Assembly (NCBI GenBank): GCA_964291405.2
Contig: OZ219926.1
Location: forward strand, 832,001 to 896,000
Source: Thermodesulfobacteriota bacterium
GTDB lineage: Bacteria; Desulfobacterota; Binatia; Bin18
Direction of reading: 5' to 3'
Length of the DNA: 64,000 bases
Under the pieces are notes generated by a model. It did no database searches. It worked only from the letters and a program-made list of their open reading frames with translations, and was not told the origin of the DNA. This document shows positions 37,687 through 46,116 of this stretch, one piece after another. Made by a program: the position numbers and the translations under genes. Numbering within the stretch: position 1 is the stretch's first letter; every line of letters starts with the position of its first letter.

Positions 37687-38574
37687 CTATAACGCCTCTG
37701 GAAAGAGGGCGAGCAACTCCGTCCCGTCCGGGGTCTGCCACGCCCCGCGAACCATATAGGTCTGGAGGGTTTCCACCCGAAAGCCCACGGCGAGCAACTC
37801 TCGTAATAATGTTGCGTGCCGCGTAGGAAAACGCATACGCAGGGCCTTTCCCTGTTCGCGCTCCGCCGCGGACAGAATCAGTGCGCGTAAGACCGACGGT
37901 TGCGTTGCTGCAGCGGGACCAAAAAACGTCCCTGCCTCTGTGCGAAGAAAACACAGGTAACCCACGAGTTGCCCCTGAACGAGGGCGGCAATATGCGGCG
38001 GCTGGGCGTGGAAAAACCGCATATCCTGTTTACGCGCGATACCGGTTAAGCACGTATCCAATGCAGCCAAGTGTTCGATATCCTCCGTCACCCACTCCCG
38101 GATTTCAACATCCCCCGGAACGTCTGCCTGAATGCGCTGCCCAACCAATGAAGCAATAGTGCCGCGCGCCTCAAAACCAAGCGTGCTATACAATGGAAAG
38201 GACACCACGTTAAAGGCGTCTTGCACCAGCCGGAGCGAAGGACACACTCCCCCCGCCTCAATCACGGCCCGCATCAGTGCGCGTCCGGCACCTTGGGCTT
38301 GGGCGCTCGGATCAATAGTAATAGGGCCAATCCCGGCCGTATCGCCCCGAAGATGGATGAAACCGGACCCAACGATCTGTCCATCCTGGAGCGCGGTGAA
38401 ACACTCGTTTGGCTCAAGCCGTGCATACCCTTGTGCGATGGATGTTCCGGCAGCCAGCGACGGAAATGGCTCAGGATAGCCATGGCGGCGAAAGAGGTCA
38501 TTGAAGGCGGCAACCATGACTGCCCCAACGCGAGGAATATCTTCCTCTAACATGTGGCGAATCGTCACGGTCAT
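37687..38574 (-). CDS. Tandem GNAT family acetyltransferase
   Basis: IGPITIDPSAQAQGAGRALM, LYSTLGF, second degenerate GNAT domain. Confidence 0.85.
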   Translation of the reverse strand: MTVTIRHMLEEDIPRVGAVMVAAFNDLFRRHGYPEPFPSLAAGTSIAQGYARLEPNECFTALQDGQIVGSGFIHLRGDTAGIGPITIDPSAQAQGAGRALMRAVIEAGGVCPSLRLVQDAFNVVSFPLYSTLGFEARGTIASLVGQRIQADVPGDVEIREWVTEDIEHLAALDTCLTGIARKQDMRFFHAQPPHIAALVQGQLVGYLCFLRTEAGTFFGPAAATQPSVLRALILSAAEREQGKALRMRFPTRHATLLRELLAVGFRVETLQTYMVRGAWQTPDGTELLALFPEAL

Positions 38575-38798
38575 TACGCCCCCTCTTCCCTTCCCCTACC
38601 TGCCGACACCTGTAAAGAGTGGTGTATTGCAGCGTTGTAACAAAAAACTTTCCTGCTGTCTGCCCACGAGCGAATATTTTCTGGATAGGCGCCCGCGTGA
38701 AGGGGACAAGGCCGGCCTGACTTTTCCCACCTGTCTGAGCGTGGTACCGTAGCCGAAATTTTTTTATCATCAGCAAGAACAGCCAAGAGAGGAAGTGT

Positions 38799-40016
38799 AT
38801 GGAAGCCTGTGGTGAGTTATCCCCGCCTCCCAGAACCTTGTTAGGTCCCGGTCCGAGCAACGTCCATCCTCGGGTGCTGCGTGCCCTGTCCACCCCGCTT
38901 GTTGGTCATCTTGATCCTGAGTTTATTCAGCTGATGGAAGAGACCAAGGCACTCCTCCGGTTTGTCTTTCAAACATCAAACCCCCTCACCCTCCCGATTT
39001 CGGGGACCGGCAGCGCTGGCATGGAAACCTGCTTTGTGAATATGGTCGAGCCTGGAGACGAGGTCGTCATCGGCGTCAACGGCGTATTCGGCACCCGCAT
39101 GGTCGATGTCGTGAAACGCTGCGGCGGAACACCCGTTATCATGGAAGCCCCCTGGGGATCCGTCTTTAACCCGGACGATGTCCGTGCGGCCCTCAAGCGC
39201 TGCACTCGACCAAAGTTGGTGGCGCTCGTCAATGCCGAAACGTCAACCGGAGCCTGGCAGCCTTTGGCAGACATTGCTCCGCTCGTCCACGAAGCAGGGG
39301 CGCTGTTTCTGGTTGATGCGGTCACGTCGCTCGGCGGCTGCCCCCTCAAAATAGACGAATGGCAGATTGATGTCTGTTATAGCGGGACCCAGAAGTGCCT
39401 GAGCTGTCCGCCCGGCCTCTCGCCCGTCACCTTTAGTCCGGCCGCCCAAGAGGTCATACGGAACCGCAAGCACAAGGTTCAGAGCTGGTATCTGGACCTG
39501 AGCCTGCTTGAGCAATATTGGGGTGAGGAGCGCGTGTACCACCACACCGCCCCTATCTCGATGAACTACGCCCTGTGGGAGGCCTTACAGCTGATTTCCG
39601 AAGAAGGCTTAGCCGCACGATTTCGTCGCCACGAGAATAATCATCTAGCCCTCGCTGCCGGCCTCAACGCACTGGGGATGCGGCTTGTCGCTCAGGAAGG
39701 CGCCCGCCTCTGGATGCTCAACAGCGTCGCCATCCCCGATGGCATTGACGACGCAACCGTTCGCAAGCACCTCCTCGCTGAGTACAATATCGAGATTGGT
39801 TCCGGCTTGGGAGTGTTCGCCGGAAAAGTCTGGCGTATTGGTCTGATGGGAGAATCCAGCACCCGTAGTAATGTTCTGCTTGTTTTAAGCGCACTGGAGG
39901 CCGTATTACAGCAAAATGGTCATGCCTGTGCAGCCGGGGCTGGCGTCAGCGCGGCGCAAGAAGTCTACGCGACGCGGGAATCCGGAGCGCGCCTCAATCA
40001 GCATGAGGCACGGTAA
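38799..40016 (+). CDS. Alanine/serine-glyoxylate aminotransferase (class V)
   Basis: LLGPGPSNV, SGTGSAGME, AETSTG, VDAVTS, SGTQKCLSCPPG, YHHTAP, WRIGLMG. Confidence 0.93.
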   Translation: MEACGELSPPPRTLLGPGPSNVHPRVLRALSTPLVGHLDPEFIQLMEETKALLRFVFQTSNPLTLPISGTGSAGMETCFVNMVEPGDEVVIGVNGVFGTRMVDVVKRCGGTPVIMEAPWGSVFNPDDVRAALKRCTRPKLVALVNAETSTGAWQPLADIAPLVHEAGALFLVDAVTSLGGCPLKIDEWQIDVCYSGTQKCLSCPPGLSPVTFSPAAQEVIRNRKHKVQSWYLDLSLLEQYWGEERVYHHTAPISMNYALWEALQLISEEGLAARFRRHENNHLALAAGLNALGMRLVAQEGARLWMLNSVAIPDGIDDATVRKHLLAEYNIEIGSGLGVFAGKVWRIGLMGESSTRSNVLLVLSALEAVLQQNGHACAAGAGVSAAQEVYATRESGARLNQHEAR

Positions 40017-40082
40017 AAAGGCTCACCAGGACAGCCGGCAGCCCGCCGGTGTGATATGATGTAAGAGAAGCGCCGAGGAATA

Positions 40083-41231
40083 ATGCGAGCGTCCGTTAGC
40101 CCTCTTGTCTTGCTGTGTTTTTTTGTTCTCCTGCTGCCGGTGACAGACAGCCGGGCTGGGCCGACACTCACCCTGCTGTCCGCCGATCAGATCCCCCCCC
40201 TAGTGGACGATCTTGACCGCAGATCTCTCAAAGCCGTGCTCCAACAGAGCCTCGCAGCCCTGGAGCAGAAGCCGGACTCCCAAGCATTTCCCTTTGGACG
40301 GAAACAGGTCAGCGTCGGCCGGGTCCGGGGCAGTCTCAGCGCATTTCTTGCACTGCTTGACCAGCATGAAGACCTCGCCATGGAGGTCCAGCGAGAATTC
40401 GACCTCTATCGTGCGACCGTCCCTGTGCTTTTCACTGCCTACCACGAACCCGAACTACAGGGTAGTTTTATCCGAACCGAGCGTTATCGCTACCCTTTGT
40501 ATCGTCCTCCCACTGACTTAGTAAAAGTTGACGCCTCCCGATTTACGACCCAGCGGTTTCCGCAAGACATGTACGGTCGCGTCGCAAACGGGCGACTCGT
40601 CCCCTATTTCTCCCGGGCTCAGATTGATGGACAGCGTATTCTCGGGCCTCAGCACAGAGAAATCGTCTGGCTTAATGACCCGGTTGAGCGCTTTTTTCTC
40701 CATATTCAAGGCTCAGGGAGAATTCGGCTGCCGGACGGTGCCTGGTTTCGGGTCGGCTATGCGGCTTCAAACGGCTGGCCGTATCGGAGCATTGGCAAAC
40801 TGCTCCTCAGTCAAGGAAAACTCCAGTCCGGAGAGGCGTCGGCCCAGGGCATCCGCCACTATCTGCGGCAGTATCCAGCCGAACAAGATCGGATATTGTT
40901 CCATAATAGTCGTTATATTTTCTTTCGGGTTGTCTCTGCCGGGCCGCTAGGCAGCTTGGGCGTCCCGCTGACACCGGGCCGTTCGATTGCGGTCGACCCG
41001 AACTGGTATCCGCCGGGCGCGCTCGGCTTTATCCGTGCCACGAAGCCTCACCTGGAGGAGAACGGGCAGGTTTCGTGGCAACCCTTTTCACGTTTTGTGG
41101 CTCTGCAAGATCGCGGCGCCGCCATTACCGGTCCCGGACGTGCGGATATCTATTGGGGGAGTGGACCACAACCAGAGGCCGGCCTGATGGCCCAACGCGG
41201 CGAACTGTATATTTTTCTCAAAAAGTCGTAG
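40083..41231 (+). CDS. mltA: Lytic murein transglycosylase A
   Basis: FTAYHEP, FFLHIQGSG, SRYIFF, TPGRSIAVD, QDRGAAITGPGRADIYWG. Confidence 0.9.
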   Translation: MRASVSPLVLLCFFVLLLPVTDSRAGPTLTLLSADQIPPLVDDLDRRSLKAVLQQSLAALEQKPDSQAFPFGRKQVSVGRVRGSLSAFLALLDQHEDLAMEVQREFDLYRATVPVLFTAYHEPELQGSFIRTERYRYPLYRPPTDLVKVDASRFTTQRFPQDMYGRVANGRLVPYFSRAQIDGQRILGPQHREIVWLNDPVERFFLHIQGSGRIRLPDGAWFRVGYAASNGWPYRSIGKLLLSQGKLQSGEASAQGIRHYLRQYPAEQDRILFHNSRYIFFRVVSAGPLGSLGVPLTPGRSIAVDPNWYPPGALGFIRATKPHLEENGQVSWQPFSRFVALQDRGAAITGPGRADIYWGSGPQPEAGLMAQRGELYIFLKKS

Positions 41232-41296
41232 CTCCCCTACTCAACGCGAACCAGATTTGTCACAATACGCACACCCCTGCGGTAGGACAGACATCT

Positions 41297-41707
41297 ATGG
41301 CCTCTGAGGCAAAAATCTCCCACTCCGGCCTGCGACATATTGCCCTGAATGTGGCGGATGTTGTCGTTTCGGTTGAGTTTTACACGACCCTGTTCGGCAT
41401 GCAGGTCGTCTGGCAGCCCGATCCAGACAATGCCTACCTCTCCTCGGGCTGTGACAATCTGGCCCTGCATAAGGCGACACCCCGACGCGGTCGAGCGGGG
41501 CAACGTCTCGACCACGTCGGATTTATTGTTCCGCGGAGCGACGATGTCGACCGAGCCGCCAAGATACTAGAGACGCACGATGTCCCCATCGTCAAACCAG
41601 TCCAGACCCATCGGGATGGCAGCCGCTCCCTGTACTGTGCCGACCCGGATGGCACGATTATCCAAATTCTGTATGAGCCCACCCTCAGCCAACAGCGCGT
41701 CACATGA
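41297..41707 (+). CDS. VOC/glyoxalase family protein
   Basis: GLRHIAL, DNLALH, LDHVGF, HRDGSRSLYCADPDG. Confidence 0.9.
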   Translation: MASEAKISHSGLRHIALNVADVVVSVEFYTTLFGMQVVWQPDPDNAYLSSGCDNLALHKATPRRGRAGQRLDHVGFIVPRSDDVDRAAKILETHDVPIVKPVQTHRDGSRSLYCADPDGTIIQILYEPTLSQQRVT

Positions 41708-41708
41708 A

Positions 41709-42434
41709 GTGAAAGGTCGTATACGTCTTTTTGCCGCCTGGGCAGTCCACGCCTACACGGCTTCCGGGGTCATCGCTGGATTTCTCTCCCTCCAGGCTAT
41801 TTTTCTGAGCAAACCTCGGCAGGCCTTTGTCTGGATGTTAGTCGCAGTACTCATTGATGCGACCGATGGCGTTCTGGCGAGAGCTGTTCAGGTGAAACGG
41901 GTTGTACCCTGGTTTGACGGCGCCAAGTTGGATGACATTGTTGACTATTTTACCTACGTTATTATCCCCGCCGTTTTTCTCTACCAGTTTCAGTTACTTC
42001 CGGCTTCTGGAACGCTGCTCTTCGTGGCAGCGTTGCTCCTTTCCAGCGCGTATGGTTTTTGTCAGGCCGAGGCCAAAACACAGGATTTCTTTTTTACCGG
42101 TTTTCCCTCCTACTGGAATATTGTGGCGTTCTATCTCTACGCAGGCGGGACGCCCATTTGGCTGAACGGTAGCTTAGTGCTCCTCCTTGCCATAGGTGTC
42201 TTTATCCCTATTCGCTATATTTACCCGACGCGTACCGTTCGCCTGCGTCTCCTAACGAATGTGCTTGGCGCCATTTGGGTTGGCGTCCTTCTCCTTCTGC
42301 TATCCCAGCTCCCTCAGGCCCATCCCTGGCTCGTCGTTGCCTCTCTCTACTACCCCCTCTACTACACCACCCTCTCCTTCTACGTCCACTTCACCACCTC
42401 ATCCCCTTCTTCAAAATCTCCGACTCGGACTTGA
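41709..42434 (+). CDS. pcs: Phosphatidylcholine synthase-like CDP-alcohol phosphotransferase
   Basis: AWAVHAYTASG, IDATDGVLAR, FDGAKLDDIVDYFTYV, FTGFPSYWN, YIYPTR. Confidence 0.82.
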   Translation: MKGRIRLFAAWAVHAYTASGVIAGFLSLQAIFLSKPRQAFVWMLVAVLIDATDGVLARAVQVKRVVPWFDGAKLDDIVDYFTYVIIPAVFLYQFQLLPASGTLLFVAALLLSSAYGFCQAEAKTQDFFFTGFPSYWNIVAFYLYAGGTPIWLNGSLVLLLAIGVFIPIRYIYPTRTVRLRLLTNVLGAIWVGVLLLLLSQLPQAHPWLVVASLYYPLYYTTLSFYVHFTTSSPSSKSPTRT

Positions 42435-42489
42435 CAGCCAGAAAATCAGACACATCTTTCTGATAAGGCTCACTAGAGGGGCAGAACAG

Positions 42490-42978
42490 ATGGAGATAAC
42501 AAAAGACCGCGAGGAAAAGGCATCGGCTCTCTTATACAGAGGCTATCAGGCCCAAAGACAAGGCGACCTAGGGGAAGCCATGCGCTTCTATCAGGAGTCC
42601 ATCCAACTGCATCCGACCGCAGAGGCGCATACTTCTCTCGGTTGGACGTATGGTTTTCTCCGTCGTTACGAAGACGCAATTGAAGAATGCCGCACCGCCA
42701 TTGCCCTCAATCCCGAGTTTGGCAATCCGTACAACGACATTGGTCTTTATCTCATGAGGATGGGTAAGCTGGACGCCGCCGTCCCATGGTTAGAGCACGC
42801 GATAGAGGCGACCCATTATGACACGCCTCATTATCCATATCTGAACCTGGGCCGGATTGCTCTCGCAAAGGGGGATCTCCTCCAGGCCGCCCGAGAATTT
42901 GGGCGAGCGCTTACGGCCGAGCCCCGCTCACTGACTGCTCGCCGAACCCTTGCCGCCCTTTCCGCTCAATTAAACTAA
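42490..42978 (+). CDS. Tetratricopeptide repeat protein
   Basis: PTAEAHTSLGWTY, AIEECRTAI, FGNPYNDIG, YPYLNLGR. Confidence 0.88.
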   Translation: MEITKDREEKASALLYRGYQAQRQGDLGEAMRFYQESIQLHPTAEAHTSLGWTYGFLRRYEDAIEECRTAIALNPEFGNPYNDIGLYLMRMGKLDAAVPWLEHAIEATHYDTPHYPYLNLGRIALAKGDLLQAAREFGRALTAEPRSLTARRTLAALSAQLN

Positions 42979-43056
42979 ACGCACCCATCCCTCTCGCCTG
43001 ACCAGGCGAAAGGCACGACTCATCGTCAAAAGAGAATTTCGTCCCCTCTCGCGCTG

Positions 43057-43802
43057 CTAGCGGAGCAGAGAATTGGGTCGATTCAACATGAATGGCACGA
43101 TGTCGACAGCGGGTCTGCGACGACGTCTTTCCGGAGAAGACAAGAGGAGCGGACCGAGGATGAGACCGCCCAGAAAACCACCGATATGGGCTCCCCAGGC
43201 AATAGGGGTCGATGAAAAGAAAGCGGTCTCTCCAATAGCGTATACAGAGATAGCACCGATCACATGAAAGAAAACCCAGCCACCCAAGAAGAGGATCGTA
43301 GAAGCTCCCTCAAGAGGCCGAGGGGGGGATGTGCGGTGGTAGCGGGCTCCTGGGGTGAGAAAAAAACTAGACAATAGACACCGGCGACGGCTGCAATCGC
43401 CCCACTCGCGCCTATCATTGGAGTTGAGGAAAACGGCGTAATCGCCGCCTGGGTTAACAGGGCGATAACGTTGCCACACAAATATAACGCCAGGTAGCGG
43501 AATGCTCCTAACCGCGCCTCTACGGCGTTCCCGAGAAAAAACAGGCAGAGAAGATTGCCAACCAGATGAAGCCCACCCCCATGCAGGAAGAGACAGGCAA
43601 AAAGCGAGGAAGAGACGGGGAATTGGCCCTGCGTTAGCGCCAGAGAAAATTGTGCGGGAATCCAGCCATAGGTCGTCAGGAAAGGTTGGAATGCCGGGCC
43701 GAGTGTGAGCTCATAGGCAAAACAACACAGCATCGCTCCCATGAGAACGTGATTCGCCCACGGGAAACCTGCGCCCTGGCGTTCTTCTTCGAGGTAGTGC
43801 AC
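43057..43802 (-). CDS. Rhomboid intramembrane serine protease with a single-base frameshift between about 43300 and 43366
   Basis: FLHGGGLHLVGN and GASG are in ORF 43260-43802; WGAHIGGFLGG (catalytic His) is in ORF 43057-43479. The joined length is one base short of a multiple of three. Confidence 0.82.
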
Positions 43803-43945
43803 GCTCCTGATCCTAGCTCAGGTTTTCTCTCACCAGCGTATTCCACCACATCCTCCAATTGTTCCATCCACTCGTCCAAGCACGGTGAAGTAGAATTTTT
43901 CTATAGCACCTCCAGCAGAGGTGTGATAGGGGGAGAAAAGACATC

Positions 43946-44281
43946 ATGCCGATCTACGAATACTACTGCCGGGCGTGCAACAGGCAACAAAGTCTCCTTT
44001 TTATGAAGATAGGAGACGTCCAGAAATCTCCTCGGTGTCAATACTGCAAGCAACGCCGCCTCACCCGACTGCTCTCCGGTTTTGCCTATCATCAGGGTGA
44101 AGAGGCTCGACTCAAGAATCTGGACACCAAGGCCCCCAGAGACGAAGCATTCTACCGCGACAACCGCAACGTGGGCCTGTGGGCAAAGAAACGAGCAAGA
44201 GAAATGGGCGTTGATCTTGGCTCTCAGTTTGATGAGACGGTAGAAAAGGCCCGCAGTGGTAAAATTCTCGATGATCGCTAG
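43946..44281 (+). CDS. FmdB-family zinc ribbon protein
   Basis: MPIYEYYCRAC...CQYC...RLLS. Confidence 0.88.
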   Translation: MPIYEYYCRACNRQQSLLFMKIGDVQKSPRCQYCKQRRLTRLLSGFAYHQGEEARLKNLDTKAPRDEAFYRDNRNVGLWAKKRAREMGVDLGSQFDETVEKARSGKILDDR

Positions 44282-44318
44282 CCTGTCTTGATCCTCTTGA
44301 TTGTTAGGCTGACCAAAC

Positions 44319-44585
44319 ATGCTCCGTGCGGCACGCGATCAGCTCTGGCGCCTTTGCCGGATCGTTAGTGGGATTGTTCTCCTGCTTGTGGGCCTCTTTC
44401 TCAGCCTGCCCGGCATTCCCGGTCCGGGTATTGTGTTAATTTTTGTCGGCTTTGGGATTCTGAGTCGAGATTTTGAGTGGGCCAAGCGCTGGCACCTCCG
44501 TCTCAAAGACACGGCTCAGCAGATTATCAACCGTCGAAAAACGGCCAAGCGCCAAGATCAGGTAGCAACCGGACAAAAAGAGTAA
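44319..44585 (+). CDS. PGPGW-type small membrane protein
   Basis: LPGIPGPGIVLIFVGFGILSRDFEWAKR. Confidence 0.8.
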   Translation: MLRAARDQLWRLCRIVSGIVLLLVGLFLSLPGIPGPGIVLIFVGFGILSRDFEWAKRWHLRLKDTAQQIINRRKTAKRQDQVATGQKE

Positions 44586-44641
44586 ACGTGTCCTCCACTA
44601 GACATGAGATGCTGGACACGTTTACTCTTTTGAGGCCAGCC

Positions 44642-45250
44642 ATGATTAAGCTCTACGATTTTCCCCTGTCTCCCCGCGCGCGCAAGGTGCGGATCACCCT
44701 TGAGTCAAAGGGGCTGGAGTATGAAAAGATCCCGATTGACATCACCAAGGGAGAGCAGAAAACGCCTGAATATCTGGCAGTTAACCCCTATGGGAAAGTC
44801 CCCGCGCTCCAGGACAATGGGACAACGGTCTATGAGTCCACCATTATCATGGAATACTTGAACGACACCTACCCTGCCCCGCCATTGCTTCCGGACGATG
44901 TCGGACAGCGAGCCCGAGCCCGCGTCCTCATGCATTATGCCGATAACCCGTATGAGCACGCCGTAGCAACCCTTGCCGCAGAGCTCCTGCTCAAACCCCT
45001 GCAGGGCGGTACCGCTGACCACGAAGTCGTCTCGCAAGCAAATGCGGCTCTGAACCTGTGCTTCGATCACCTTACAAACGAGCTTGGCAACAATGATTTT
45101 CTGGTCGGCTCTACATTGACCCTGGCAGATATCCCGTACGTGTCGTGGGCCCTCCTGTTTCCCAGGTTAAATGTCGATATTCCGCATCCTAGGCTTGAGG
45201 CGTGGATCAACCGACTCAAAGAGCAGCCGAGCGTACAGGCGGCGGGCTGA
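44642..45250 (+). CDS. Glutathione S-transferase family protein
   Basis: SPRARKVR, NPYGKVPAL, YESTIIMEYL, TLADI. Confidence 0.92.
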   Translation: MIKLYDFPLSPRARKVRITLESKGLEYEKIPIDITKGEQKTPEYLAVNPYGKVPALQDNGTTVYESTIIMEYLNDTYPAPPLLPDDVGQRARARVLMHYADNPYEHAVATLAAELLLKPLQGGTADHEVVSQANAALNLCFDHLTNELGNNDFLVGSTLTLADIPYVSWALLFPRLNVDIPHPRLEAWINRLKEQPSVQAAG

Positions 45251-45306
45251 GACCGGGGGTGAAGCCAGACACAACGCTCCTTCATTCCCAATCCCTCCGA
45301 GGTATT

Positions 45307-45981
45307 ATGTTTAGCGGCATTATTGAAACAACCGGAACCATCACGAAGATCGACACCATTGCCGAAGGTGTTCGCCTCAGGCTGCAAACCAATCTTCTCA
45401 CCCAAGAGATCAGTCTGGGCGAGAGCATTTGCACCAATGGTGCCTGCTTAACCGTGACCGCAATTGAGGCAGATCAACTCAGCTTTGACGTTTCAGCGGA
45501 GTCACTGCGACGCACGACCCTGGGAGAACTCCAAGTTGGCGATAGCGTGAATCTGGAACGCTCACTCCGACTTGAGGACCGTCTGTCCGGCCATCTGGTC
45601 TGGGGTCATGTTGACGGAGTTGGACACGTCACATCCATTCAGCCGGAAGGCGATTCGTTTCTCTATACCTTCGCAATTCCTGCCGAACTTAGTCGCTACC
45701 TGGTGGAGAAAGGCTCGGTGGCAGTTGATGGGATTAGTCTGACGGTCTTTGATTGTCAGCCCACAGCATTTACCTGTGCCATTATCCCCCACACCCACAC
45801 CGTCACCACGCTGCATCAGCGCAATCCTGGTGATCGGGTCAATATCGAGGGGGATATGCAGGGGAAATATATTGAGAAGTTCGTCCAGGACGTGCTCGAA
45901 GGGATGTTGTCCGCACCCCTCCAATCCATTCGGGACGAGGTAGCCGCCCTCCGTAAGCAGATCGAACAAAAAGCCGGCTAG
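45307..45981 (+). CDS. ribE: Riboflavin synthase (alpha chain)
   Basis: MFSGIIE, NGACLTV, VNLERS, GHVD, KGSVAVDGISLT, IIPHT. Confidence 0.93.
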   Translation: MFSGIIETTGTITKIDTIAEGVRLRLQTNLLTQEISLGESICTNGACLTVTAIEADQLSFDVSAESLRRTTLGELQVGDSVNLERSLRLEDRLSGHLVWGHVDGVGHVTSIQPEGDSFLYTFAIPAELSRYLVEKGSVAVDGISLTVFDCQPTAFTCAIIPHTHTVTTLHQRNPGDRVNIEGDMQGKYIEKFVQDVLEGMLSAPLQSIRDEVAALRKQIEQKAG

Positions 45982-46116
45982 GGTCGGAGCCTGTCTTTTC
46001 TTCGACGGCATTTTCGCCCTCCCCGCTCTGCCTGAGCAGTGGGTAGCCTCCCATTCAGATTGCCCACTCCCTCCTGCTCGGATAAGAAGAGCGCTCAGGC
46101 ATCAGAGGGGGAACCT

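Noticed and set aside
38575-38798. Cobalamin or SAM riboswitch upstream of the GNAT/MetE-like genes
   Set aside because: No B12-box or SAM-I core could be identified; only a short ACACC-N11-GGTGT inverted repeat is visible.
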